The notes under the pieces were generated by a model. That model made no database searches. It worked only from the letters and a program-made list of their open reading frames with translations, and had not been told where the DNA came from. The position numbers were made by a program, and so were the translations under genes. Source: Podarcis filfolensis (taxonomy: Eukaryota). Taken from it: DNA of 64,000 bases. The stretch lies in NCBI GenBank assembly GCA_964270895.1, contig OZ185438.1. The stretch is one strand, 5' to 3'. Of the stretch, positions 13,234-26,032 are shown piece after piece (the stretch's first letter is position 1; the number at the start of each line of letters is the position of its first letter).

Positions 13234-16200
13234 ATCAAATCATTCATCTATGTATATGCACTGCATATAATGTCTTAGGGATCAATCCTGATGCTTCCAA
13301 CAGTGGAGGACCAATTGAAGAATATGGACAAGAACAGATAATTCAGCTATCTAATGGGGCATCTAAATAATTGAAATGAATGCTCTTGTGGACATAAATT
13401 GCATGCTTACATCCCTCTTATCTGTCTCTAATAGGCCTTTAGGTTAATACTCCATTGAAGAGAATGCACCTGTGCAATGAATGAGATTTAATTTATAGAG
13501 GCATTATTACAGTATTCTTAATATATTACCGGTATTTTGCGTAACAAATATAGGGGAAGTAGGGTTTGAGATATACCTCACCTTAAGGTAGATCCAGGAT
13601 ATAACAACCAAAGGAGAGAAACGATAGCCTGTTGAATGATTTGTGGGTGAATTGCAGCAGAATGACTAGGGGAGATTTGAAAATGCTGCCTCAGAAACAA
13701 GGACTTGAATGTAATTGACTGGTAAGGAAGAGTGCAGGGGACATTCAGAGGTTTGCCACGTGATAGGGACAATGAGGTGTTGGCAGTATTTTATTGTGAT
13801 TGTATTTGAAGCCAGTTAAGGTTTTGAGAAATTGTAGCTGAAGCCTTAACACTGTACTAAAGTTCTTAATGTGTTAGAAATCTAAAGCCCTGCCACAGCT
13901 TAAGGAAGGCCATTGAAAGACACTTAGATATCATGTATGAATATGCAGAGAAACCAAATTCCCTTCTGAAAACAAGATCTAACCTTTTCAAATAGCAAAG
14001 CTGAAGAACTCTTGTACATTAAGTGTTTATCAATATATTTTAGAAAAGTTCTATAGATTAAGTCCCAATGAATTGCTAGGGCCTGATACCATGTTCTCAC
14101 GAACTATAAAACAAGTTGTGTATATAACAGCTGAATTACATGTTCTGATCTATATACCCTCTATATAATAGTTTATATGCAAGAAAAAAATTATGTGTAA
14201 GAAAGGTAACAAATGCACTATCAATCTTTCAAAATGTTTTTTGTGTGTGTGCCTGTGAATGCGTGCAAGGCAAATAAGCAGCCTTTCTAAGTTCTAGTTC
14301 TTAGAAAAAACAGATAAAATATGACACATTTAATCAGTTTTCTAATTCAAACAGGTGGCCATATTCGTAAATAAAACCCTTCAAGAAGCTTAATCTAAAT
14401 GGTGATGTCCTTGGATTTTGAAAACCCTTCTCACTGAGTGTTTCATTGACTGAAGGTCCTTGAATAAAAGCTGATGTCCTTTTCTGAAAGTCAACAATGG
14501 ATTATAAGGCGGGGGTAACTCTCACTGTGAAGAGAGGCGAGAAGAAGGGTGATCCAAGGATTTATACCAGGATGATGATGTTGTTTTTTATAGCCATACA
14601 AAAAGACCAAGAACAAATAGTAACCAGTGATATTCAGTATATTCACAAAACACATTATTTAAGAGTTACAGAAGGTTCTTGTGATAATGTTTGGAGAATG
14701 CACTTTGGCAAGAGCAAAATGGCTTCAGTTTAATTGAAAATAGATGCTGGATTTACTGTTATTCAAGGAAGATCAAAATTTTGGTGCTGCTTCCACACAC
14801 ACACACACACACCCAATATCTTCAACTTAAAGGAACTTGCTAGGTAAATTTTTGTTTGGCAAAATGCTTATAGAACCATAGTCCTCTTACAAAATAGTCT
14901 GTATCAGTCTGTAACCTCAAAATATGCCCTTAATGAAAAAGCATTATTGGTTGCTGTATGTATCATGGTAGGGAATAAGAACTTGTTGTGGAAATGATAA
15001 ATTACACTTTCTGGAGTGTATCATCTTGAATAACTATTGGCTAAGGGATAATTTTCAGTGGTATCTGAATGTATTCCATCCCACCCCACAGCAAGCCACT
15101 CAGAATGCATAGCTGTATTTGGGTATATTTAGCATTTAAAGCAATAGCGTCTTGAAGAAACTGATGCACTTGTCGCTGAACAAACTGTTGCATTGGGAGA
15201 GAATGAATTGTGCCTGGTTGGATTATAATGATGCAATTGTAATCAGAGCCCATAGCTGCAGGGAACCCCAGATGGTCACCCACACACCCCGTTTTAAAGT
15301 AAGTATCTAGCCCTCCATAAATGAAAGCTATGAAACAAAAAGTATAGGCAACCTTCAAATTGATTTCTTTAAGATGAGCCAGCCTGGCTGCTCACACGTT
15401 TCAGTATTTTTAGCTAATGAGTGAAATCAGAGCTATGATTGATGAGTGAGTTGTTTGGAATTCCTGGGGTGTTTCTCCCTCCCCTTTAGTGTACTTTCCT
15501 TTCCTGCTTCTTTCTGATTCTAGCAACCAGGACACATCTTTCCTGTGGTTGATCTGTCTAAGATCAGGTATTCCCTAGAAGTTATTTTCTCCAAATGCTA
15601 CTGCGCAATAGGTGAAGGTGGGTGTTAAAGAATGTCTCCCAACCTCCACATGGCAAATGCAAAATGTGAAAACTTTGCAAAGAGGCTTAGGCATGTCTCC
15701 TGCTGTGTAGTGTTGAAGTCTAGGCACTCATTAAGAATTCACTGTATAGTTAACCTATAAATACATTGTTACACATTTTTAATCAGACTAAATCTCTTCC
15801 TGTTTAATGGAGCTTACTCTTAGGTAAGTGTTTGCAGGAGTCCAGATACGGTTTTCCTTTGAGGAAGGAGTAAGACAGAATTTATAGGGAGCCCACCAGG
15901 CTTAAGCTTATTTTGGGAAGCGGGGGCAGGTTTTTACTGAGTAACTCGGTAAAGTATTGACTATGCTTTTCCTTACTATTTTTACTTGCAAAGGAAAATT
16001 AGTAAATACAATATTTAAATTAAAGACCCTCTGCTTTCCATCATCACTCTCCTGCAGTGGCTACAGGCCTTAGAGAATTCATTTTAGCAATCATATGATA
16101 GTAAGCTCAGCTGAACATATGGCATAACTTGGAGACATCTAGAGACAAAGCAGGATCTTAAAAACAGCAGCTTGAGGTATTGGTGTATATATTTTAAAGC

Positions 16201-16795
16201 AGTATGCTGTCAAGCCTGTACTTCAAGTCAACATGTCTAGGACAGGGATGTAACAGAGGAGTTTGGTACACAATGAGCACTGACAATCAAATATTTGTTT
16301 GGTTCCTTATGAAATCACCTTAAGTAGCTTTGATTGAAACACATCTAAATAAAGACATAATCCTTAGAAGATTAGTTTCTCTCTTCGGCAAGCAGGTTAA
16401 CAGCAGTCAAAATTTGTACTTCAGGTAGCCAGTTCTGTCACTTACATATGGTTGTTTCGTTGTTGTTGTTGCTGCTGCTTTATGTCATCTGCCTTGAGAT
16501 GTGAATCATGTAGTTTTGAGATTCATATACAGTAGGGCAGGGGTGAGGAAACCTTGCAACAATTTGTATCATTCCTAACCAATGGCCATACTGAGTGGGG
16601 GCTGTTGGAGTCCAACAGCACCAAGAGGCATCTCATCCCTCTGGGTATAGGATGCAAAGTTCAAATGACTTTTTGCAAGCAATAGGATTGCAACTTACCC
16701 TGCCTTTGTTTTAATTGGCTGCCAACTGTGCAAAGAGTCCATAACCTGGTAAAGAGGCTCATTGGTACAGAAGACTGCAAGGTAACTGCCTAGAA

Positions 16796-17007
16796 CAGAG
16801 CTTTCCAAACTGTGTTGTGACACATTAGTGTATCAGCTGCAGTATGTAGGTGTGTCACGTGAACACTCTCTGTGCTCCTTCTGGGGCTGGAAAGGGGCTA
16901 GTTTAACCTTCAGTTTGCTAGTAAAACTGAATTGCTGAATTACTGTGTCGCGAAATGGTGCCCGTCTAAAAAGAGTGCCACCAACATGAAGAGTTTGGAA
17001 AGCTCTG
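16796..17007. mobile_element. hAT (Charlie-like) MITE, 212 bp
   Basis: Perfect 16-bp TIR CAGAGCTTTCCAAACT and perfect 8-bp TSD GCCTAGAA. Confidence 0.9.
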
Positions 17008-20000
17008 GCCTAGAATATGGAGGCATGTATTCCCACCTGCTCTTTCAGCTTAGACTTACTGTGGTTCCAGTAATCAGTCTTTATGAATTCTTCCATTTTG
17101 TCAGCTCTCCAGTTGAAACCATAAGTATGATTGCATCCAATCCGATTTATTGTACTAGCCATTGGCCATGACAAATCTGAATCGAAAATAAATACAAGCA
17201 AAAGGGGTGTCATGCCACAAATAATGGTCTCTATTTAGATCTCTGTGTCTCCCTCACAGTTCATGGCTATATTGTCCAGGGTCGTCTTTCTGATCTTTTT
17301 AAATTCTCCATTAACAAAAAACCTGAGGCTCTTTTACTTGGTATTATGCCAGGAGAATTTTTTTTTTTAAGTTTCTTTATGAGTTACTGAATTGTTTAGG
17401 ACCTTCTCTGCCAGGGAGAGCTATCTTTCCTGTACAGATGGTAAGGTGAGAAATTGCCTACTGGGTCCTATGTATAGTGGGCAATATAGTAATAGTGCAA
17501 GATGTCTTTCACCTGCAGTTGCCCACATATAAAGAGTCTGTCTTTGTACTGTACCCTGTTATATCTTCCGTCTGGGACGGTGGGCATAGCTTGAAAATGC
17601 AGCTCAGTAAAAGTGAATCTAAGTGAGGCCGGCTGGATATTCGACAGGTAACTGGCTCTAAAATGGACCATTTTTAGAAGGGGGAACAAAGGAGAGCATT
17701 TAGAGTCTGATTACATAATGTTTAAAATAATTGGAAAAGGTGGATACATCACATCACTTTTCCATACTGTTATAATCTTAAGTATTAGACAGTGCTAACT
17801 TCAACAAAATAAAGCTAAGCTTTATGACACTGCTAAGACGGCACATATGTGATAATCTGTGGGAGACTGTCTAAAATTTGTCCAGAAGATTCAAGGGACT
17901 GAGGAAGCACAGTTTATTAAAAGCATTTGTTGAAACAGGCACAAATCTGTCTTTGATAAGAGCACTTAGTGCTCATGATGTGAATAATTATGTGGGGCAA
18001 GGTAAAAGATCATCTGGTTAATGTTTTTCATATCTGATCTGTCCTTGATTCTGTACGTAGGCAACCTTGTGCTACAAGCAAAGGAAAATGAGTTAAAAGC
18101 TGAGCATGTTTATCAATTAGGGTCCTGCTTCTCTTTTTAATTTCTGAATTAAAGGATGGCGTTAAAAATGCCATTGTATGTTGTGGTGTATGTGAAATAG
18201 GCTAGAATTTACTATTCAAAGCAATTTCAAAGAGGTATGAAACTGACAGTGGATATAAGAGAAGACAAAAATGCAGCACAATGGATCATCCTTGCCCACA
18301 TAAAACATAGGCCATGGAGTTACACTCCACTTTGTGGAGTATTGTGCTATCAAAGTTTCATGAGGCTTGACTATTTGCTATGAAAATTGCCATTTCAGGG
18401 TGTGAGAAATGCCCCCCCCCCATACACATTTCAGTTCCTTCAGGTGTCTTTTGTCTGTTTTGCAGCAGTCCTTGTTATCCGGTCTACTACTTATGGGAGA
18501 CCGCTTAATTATTTTCATCACTAAACTTCCCCAATCTAAATAATACCTCAATCTTCATAACACTGCTATTTATTTTGTTGTGGGAAATGTGCAAGCAGCT
18601 ATACATTTTCCTCAGCAGAACATATAGCGTCAGGAGTTTTGTGGATTTTTAAAAAAAAAATTCAGATGTGTGTGTGTTTGTCGTCTTGTTGATGCTTTTA
18701 CTGTTAAATTGCTTCTGGGTGCTTCATGAGAAGTGCTTCATAAATAAAAATAAATTAAACAAATAATATTTGTTCGAGGAACAGTGTGTCTAGATTGCTA
18801 GTATCCATGCTTTTGGAATCAAGCCTCAATATTTTTCAAGAGTCTGGCAAGTGGAGATTTCCTCTGGTCTCAGAGAATTCAGAAAGCTATGCAGTCAATT
18901 CTTGGGTGAATTCACCACATAGTAGCTGTGAGAATCAACTACAAATGTTAACTATTCCTATTCCAAATGAATGACCTCACCTCAACTTAGAGATGGAAAT
19001 AACATCTCAGTTTTGCATTTGTTTACCCTTTTTTGGGGGGGGGGAATGCAGATAGACACTTTGATAAAAATATCCATTTAAGAAGTTTGCTGGAAGAAAG
19101 AGGTCTTCAATGGGCACCAAAAAGAAAATATTGATGTTGCCTGCCTGATAATGTATATAATGGGAGTTCCAAAGGGTACATGCCACCATACAAGTTGTCT
19201 GATTCATATATTGTATGGAGAAGACTTCCTGATGATGATGCCCTTTCCTGCAGAGCCCAGTGATCAACTGGGTATATACAGTGTGGGTTGAGATAACCTT
19301 TTAGGTCATGCGAACTATTGTGGGGGGAATCAACTGATGGTGAGTTGAGACCCACGCAGTGCTGTGAAAATAGTAGATCACTTTGTTTCCCTGGTGGAGC
19401 ACTTGACGGTAGTGACTGGGCAGGTGAGCAAGAAAAGAAGGGCAAGAATTGCATATCAATGTTGGATTCACTGCTACGCTAGAGACAAATATAAAAGAGG
19501 TGACAGCAGGTTCAGTATTGTGACTTTCCTTTTTTATATTGAAATGTGTATTAAATTTCCCATCAACTATATAATTGAAACAAGCTTATGGCTGGAATAA
19601 ATGCTCTGTATTATATGTATTATGAAACAGACAGAATGGGAAGATGCTGAACATCCTTTAATGGCAAAGTGCTTTTATGGCTTTTCCAACAGAGCTTGAA
19701 CTCCAAATTTGCTGGTGATCTATATAGGAAACAAGAGCATTTCTGCATCCAGTGCCAGAATAAAATAAAAGTTTGGCATTTAGGCTTTTGGCACTGAAGA
19801 AAGAACTCTCCATTGCCTTAATTTCAGCTTATTGTGCATTTAAATAGCATTGCACTTCAGTGTAGGTCACTGTGATGTATGTGTGCTGATTGCACAGATG
19901 TATTTGTCTTTGTTTACATGTGCTAGGAAGCCCTGACTGGTAACAACATTCAAAATAAATATATATAAACTAACACATGGTGGCTGTCTCAATATGCAGT

Positions 20001-21820
20001 GTGCATGCTGTTTCCTGCGGAAGATCTGTCATGCCTTCCATGAGAATGGAACTGAAGAGTATTAGGTATTCATGGAGAAATTGGTGTTTGCTGCTACTCA
20101 TTGAATTCCCACCTTTCCCCTTGACATTTTAAAAAATAAACAGCTGTGTGGCAGAAATCCAACAGGTGCTTATTTTGCCAGCACTGCATCTCTGTTATAG
20201 GAAAAGATTCCTGCTGAAGTTTTGTCTTGTCAGACAACTGCTACAGGCATGAGGCCTTCAGGGAAACAGCATAGCAACACTAAATCTGCCATATCAATGG
20301 CTTCCAGTATATAGCCCTGGTTTTGTTTTCACTGATATAAAATTTAATTTAATTTTACAGCAAAAGAAATGTAAGGGGTGAAGAGGGCATGCATTATTTA
20401 GTTTATCAAGTGATTTAAAATAACCAAAGGCAAATTTTTTTACCAAAAAGGAAGCGTGTGTGCTGTGCTTGTTTCTTTGTACATTTGAGTTAACATTTAT
20501 CACAGTTGGTCTCTGTTCTGTGAACTTTGCTAAGTGGGATTAAAAAAAAAACAAACCCTCTGTGCACACTTACTCCTTTCTGGTTTTTTCAGCTGGTACT
20601 TAAAGCCAGGAAGTAATTAACTCTAGATTACAGTAATATGACTTCTGTAAACTAGTGTTCTTGTGACAGGAACATCCTAGTAATTGCAGGGCAATTGGTA
20701 GTCTTCTCTTGCAGCAGTGACGGGTCCAACCCTGTGAAATGCTCACTACCTGTTCTTCCTTCTGACGTTAATGAAGGCTGAGGGCTTCTAATGATTCACA
20801 GAATCGGGCTTCATGGTAATTGTAGAAAATTGCTGCTATTCCATTACTTGCCTCTTGCTACAAAAGGGGCAAGAGAAGATGAGAGAAGGTACATCTTGCC
20901 AGAATTTGTGGCAGCGTAGATTTGCATTTTATTAGCAACAGGAAATTCTGACACCATGCCATTGGAAGGAGCATGTTTTATGGGCATGTTACCTTCAGCA
21001 GTATGTTATCTTTCAGTTTCTCAGCACCCTTTTGAGTACCCTACTTATGCCACTGAGCACCCCAAGAAATATTGGTATTGCAACTAATCACCTACAGAGC
21101 TGAATGCTGATACGTATTAAAATTTACTACCAAGATTGGTAACAATGGCGTAATGAGAAAACAAAAGCACATGGTGTTACTGCAGCAGAAGTGGTCAAAT
21201 CATGTAGCAAAGGAAAACCCATTTCATATGAAATGGGAATTATTGCAGTCCCTTCACCAGATAGTGCCCAAGCCTTATTCAAGTTGTGTTGCACTGGAAA
21301 GAATATAAACCTTGGACTGTCCCTTGAAGCTCGCTGGGTGACCCTTAGCCATCACCAATGCTCATCCTAGCCTACCTCAGGGTTTTATAATGATAAATGA
21401 GCGGGGAATCTTGTTATACAACCTTGAGTAGGGAATGGAAGGATTCGCCTGTTTCTGGTCTCTGTCAGTTTTGCATGTGCTCATTTGTAAGTATGTTCAA
21501 TCTCATTTCCATATCAATTTGTGGATATTTATTAACTGCATGAAATATTCACATTGTTTTCTATGTTTTTCACAAAATGCACATTTTAATTTGGATTTAG
21601 GTACACTTCAGCAGAAAACTGTGCAAAATTAAAAGAAGTCTAAAAAAACTGAAACATAACTGCGTTCTGATTTATGAGCCTAGGAATTGCAAATCAGGTT
21701 TGTTTGCTCTAAAATGCAGACATGACAAAATCCTTGAGTAACCTTGAAGACTTGTGTGTGTGTGTACACTTAATTTCCTTAGGTCAATAACAGTTTCTTC
21801 AACATCCATATTTGCATATA

Positions 21821-22280
21821 CAGTATGATCTCATCTTAGAATTCGATTCCAAGAGTTCCGCACATGCGCAAAAACATATATACTCAAACCCTTGGAATTG
21901 CCCCTGCGCAAACATCCTGGGCCTTCTGTGATCTCACAGGAACACCCCACAACTGGCTTTTCCCCACTCAAAAAGAGCTTTTAAGCTCTCTACCTTGCTT
22001 GGGGAGCAAGGCTCTCTCTGCACGCCAGCTTTGAAGGCCATGGGAGGATTTCACAGAGCTATTCCAGTTCCTACGAGATCTCATCCCAGACCTGATACGC
22101 TGAGAGAGCCTTGTTTCCCAAGGCACAGAGTTTAAAAGCTCTTTTTTCACCAGAAAAACCCAGCACAAAATAGCTTTTAAGCTTTCTGCCTTCCTGCATT
22201 TCAGGATTTCAACTAATGGCCTTTAGACGTGTATGATTGAAATTACGCTAGTTAAATCAGTGTTGGATGTGATTGTACTG
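21821..22280. mobile_element. Old Tigger/pogo-like non-autonomous DNA transposon
   Basis: TA|CAGTATGATCTCATC...GATGTGATTGTACTG|TA: imperfect TIRs flanked by TA. Confidence 0.5.
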
Positions 22281-22321
22281 TACCAGCAATAATTTCTGTA
22301 CATGCTGGTATTGCACAGCAT

Positions 22322-22792
22322 AGCCTATACGGCCTAGGACCCTCGTACCTACGGGACCGCCTCTCCTGGTATGCCCCACAAAGAAACCTACGGTCTGCAA
22401 ATAAAAACATCCTGAAGGTCCCAGGCCTCAGAGAGGTTAGGCTGGCCTCAACTAGAGCCAGGGCCTTCTCGGCTGCAGCTCCAATCTGGTGGAACGCTCT
22501 GTCACAAGAGACTAGGGCCCTGCGGGACCTGACATCTTTCCGCAGGGCCTGCAAGACAGAGTTGTTCCACCAGGCCTTTGGTCAGGGCGCAGCCTGACTC
22601 CCTCCTCTGGCAACCTGCACAGAGTTTTGCTTAATGGTTGCCATCAACTTGATTTTAATTAATTTTTATAATGAAATATTTTTAGAATGTTGGTTTATTT
22701 GATTTTTTGATTATTTGGTTGTTGTTGGCCGCCCTGAGCCCGGCTTTGGCTGGGGAGGGCGGGATATAAATAAAATTTATTATTATTATTAT
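22322..22792 (+). mobile_element. L2 LINE 3' fragment
   Basis: L2-like RT C-terminal sequence followed by GCCGCCCTGAGCCC...GGGCGGGATATAAATAAA and an (ATT)n tail. Confidence 0.8.
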
Positions 22793-22869
22793 TAAAGAAG
22801 AGCTGAAGTAAGCATACCAGTACTACTCTGAGATAATGGGAGTTTGAAGATAGAAAAGTATTTAGTATG

Positions 22870-23303
22870 TGTAATGGCTTTAGGGGTTGCTTGTGCGTAA
22901 ATAGCCGCCGCTCTGGGCTAGGTTGGCTGGTTAAACCATTTCTCGCTGGGCAGCCATCCACTCCGTGGCTGTTCAGTCGCTGGCAGAATCCGTCAGTGGG
23001 CGTTTCTTAAACCTTTTCCAACATAAAAGTTGTTTGACGCCCAGTCTCCTCCTACTCTCCCTGCGCGGAAGTCTTCTGCGCAGGGAGGGCGTGGGTAGCG
23101 GAGGACCTGTGCTCTCCCCGCTGGTGTCCAGTGAAGAGTCCCGGAGCCTGCTCTCTGCTTCCCCCATTGGCCCCCCTCTATCCCTGGTGTAGCGCTGATT
23201 TTCTTCCCCAACAGGAGACTTGCCTCTCTCCCTGCTTGGCCCCTCTCCAGCATCGTTGTGGGGCCTCGCCTCCTCCTCTAGTTCCGATGGCAGTTCCCTG
23301 ACA
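22870..23303 (-). mobile_element. Solo LTR (434 bp), same family as 4734-5168
   Basis: Reverse strand reads TGTCAGGGAACTGCC...CCATTACA; perfect 5-bp TSD GTATG (22865-22869 / 23304-23308). Confidence 0.85.
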
Positions 23304-23345
23304 GTATGTATTGGAGTTTTACCAATCCGAATGGAGTGGGGGAAA

Positions 23346-24154
23346 GCATGGCTGTATCTGAGGTATTTTTAACATTGCGTTTGTTTCAGAACAGGATTCA
23401 TGGATATTTATTACTCAGAAAATTAGTAATCTCCTATGATGTGGGTTTAGCGTGAGGTGGAAATGATGCATTACTGTAATGCTAAGTTTTGGGGTAGACA
23501 TCCAATTTGGCCTTCAAGCTTTCTCTGAATGGGAACATTATTTATTTATTTTTAAAATAAAAACATCTTTGACATTTACAATCCAGAGTAGGTTGGGGTT
23601 TTTTCCCTTCATTCAAACCATTTTTTGGAAATACACTGAGAGCAGTATTTAATCTGCCCTGCTTTTTCTTCTCAGCAGATCATAATTACTGATAGAGACA
23701 TCTTGAAAGAGCTGTGTTCTTGAAATAAACTATCCCCTCAAGCTTCATAATGAGCATTATATAGAAATGACCTTTCCCTTGACAGTGTTCAGCGTATACA
23801 TTTTTACACTCTAATAGTATCTATGAACTTTATTATCTGAATTGGGTGGATCCATGAGTTGTTCTTGGTTTAAAACTACAGCACTTTGCTACTTTACTTT
23901 TTACTTCATTTTCACTTCTTATTCATTACAAAAATTGAGATAAATAAATAATGTTCCCATTCAGAGCAAGCTTGAAGGCCAAATTGGATGTCTATCCCAA
24001 AATGTGCCTCTGCACTTAGCATTACAGTAATGCATCATTTCCACCTCATGCTAAACCCACATCATAGGAAATTACTAATTTTCTGAGTAATAAATATCCA
24101 TGAATCCTGTTCTGAAACAAATGCAATGTTAAAATACCTCAGATACAGCCATGC
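23346..24154. repeat. Long inverted repeat: arms 23346-23549 and 23940-24154, 390-bp spacer
   Basis: Manual alignment: 5 substitutions, one 1-nt indel and one 12-nt indel over ~204 bp. Confidence 0.95.
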
Positions 24155-24174
24155 ATCCCCCCCCCATGAAATGG

Positions 24175-24992
24175 TTGTTGTTTGTTGTTTAGTCGTTTAG
24201 TCATGTCCGACTCTTCATGACCCCATAGATCAGAGCATGCCAGGCACTCCTGTCTTCCACTGCCTCCCGCAGTTTGGTCAAACTCATGCTTGTAGCTTCA
24301 AGAACACTGTCCAACCATCTCGTCCTCTGTCGTCCCCTTCTCCTTCTGCCCTCAATCTTTCCCAACATCGGGGTCTTTTCCAGGGAGTCTTCTCTTCTCA
24401 TGAGGTGGCCAAAGTATTGGAGCCTCAGCTTCAGGATCTGTCCTTCCAGTGAGCACTCAGGGCTGATTTCCTTCAGAATGGATAGGTTTGATCTACTTGC
24501 AGTTCATGGGACTCTCAAGAGTCTCCTCCAGCACCATAATTCAAAAGCATCAACTCTTCGACAATCAGCCTTCTTTATGGTCCAGCTCTCATTTCCATAC
24601 ATCACTACTGGGAAAACCATAGCTTTAACTATACGGGCCTTTAGTGGCAAGGTGATGTCTCTGCTTTTTAAGATGCTGTCTAGGTTTGTCATTGCTTTTC
24701 TCCCAAGAAGCAGGAGTCTTTTAATTTTGTGACTGCTGTCACCATCTGCAGTGATCATGGAGCCCAAGAAAGTAAAATCTCTCACTGCCTCCATTTCTTC
24801 CCCTTCTATTTGCCAGGAGGTGATGGGACCAGTGGCCATGAGCTTCGTTTTTTTTTGATGTTGAGCTTCAGACCATATTTTGCTCTCTCCTCTTTCACCC
24901 TCATTAAAAGGTTCTTTAATTCCTCCTCACTTTCTGCCATCAAAGTTGTGTCATCTGCATATCTGAGGTTGTTGATATTTCTTCCGGCAATT
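24175..24992 (-). mobile_element. RTE-BovB LINE, 5'-truncated and frameshifted (RT C-terminal half plus 3' tail)
   Basis: Minus-strand translations IAGRNINNLRYADDTTLMAESEEELK, FELWCWRRLLRVP and RREDSLEKTPMLGKIEGRRRRGRQRTRWLD match BovB ORF motifs; (CAA)n-like tail. Confidence 0.92.
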
Positions 24993-25865
24993 AGGCACAT
25001 ACAGTACAATGCTAAGTGATATTTTTCTTTTACTAATGCCAGATTCCTACAGAAGATGCTTCCACACTGTGGAATAGCCACACTTTGACCACTCACTTTT
25101 TCACAGGGCATCTATGTAACATCACCACCATGTTCTCCTCTTGGCATTTGGAACTTGCTGTTTTGAGAAAAGTAACTGTAAACTTCTCTCGGAGCTAACT
25201 CCACAATCTTTGGATCTTGACATTTGAACTGAAGTGTTTGATTAATCGTCAGCCACAATGTGTTAAATGCACCTGAGCCAACGATGAAGCAGAATATAGT
25301 TTTCTAAGGTAACAAGTGGGGGGCTCCCTACTTGCCTCATTGTTGAACTAGCCAGCCCCCCACCCCCAGTAAGGCTCGTTGCCACCTCCACCTCCTCCAC
25401 CTCTCTCTGAGAAGGACTGCGGCTGCAATCTTCACCCCACTGACTTGGGAGCAAGCGCCACTGAATTCAGTAACACTTGCTTCTGAATAGATATGCTTAG
25501 GATTGTCTTGTGAGACATTATTATTAGCATTCTGTCACAATTCCAAAAACTAAAAGTTGCTGCTGCAAACTGCTCATGTCAGGACAAGGCTTACTTAACA
25601 TCTTTATAATCCTATTGAACTGTGTCCTTTAATTTCTAGGAGAGAGGTCAAATAGAAAATCATATTTTCAGGGAGAGTTGGTGCTATGGCCCAGAAGGGC
25701 TTTGGTTCAATGATGATGAATTAGAACGGTCCATTTAATGCAGCAGCCTCATATAGGAAAAATGAAATTGTGGTTTGAAGCTGTGCAGTTTTCGTATTAC
25801 ATACAAACTATAGTAGAAGTATAGTACCTTCATTATACACCTTTAAGTGGTTGATTTGATTGACA

Positions 25866-26032
25866 TCCTATGCCCTTTTAAAATGTGGTTTTTTTGAGGG
25901 GGTTGTTATTGGGTTGTTGTTTTTATTTTGATTATATATTTTGTGGTTTTATATTCTGATTTTGTTCTGTGAACCGCCCCGAGACCTCCAGGTATATGGC
26001 GGTATATAAATTCAAATAATAATAATAATAAT
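25866..26032 (+). mobile_element. L2 LINE 3' tail
   Basis: TGTGAACCGCCCCGAGACC...GCGGTATATAAAT plus (AAT)n; same family as 63130-63932. Confidence 0.7.

Noticed and set aside
23346-24154. Inverted repeat as a long-TIR Tc1/mariner or Foldback element
   Set aside because: No TA or other TSD and no CAG-type termini seen; kept as an unexplained inverted duplication
24274-24732. 152-aa plus-strand ORF
   Set aside because: Antisense frame of the BovB RT fragment, a common source of false gene calls
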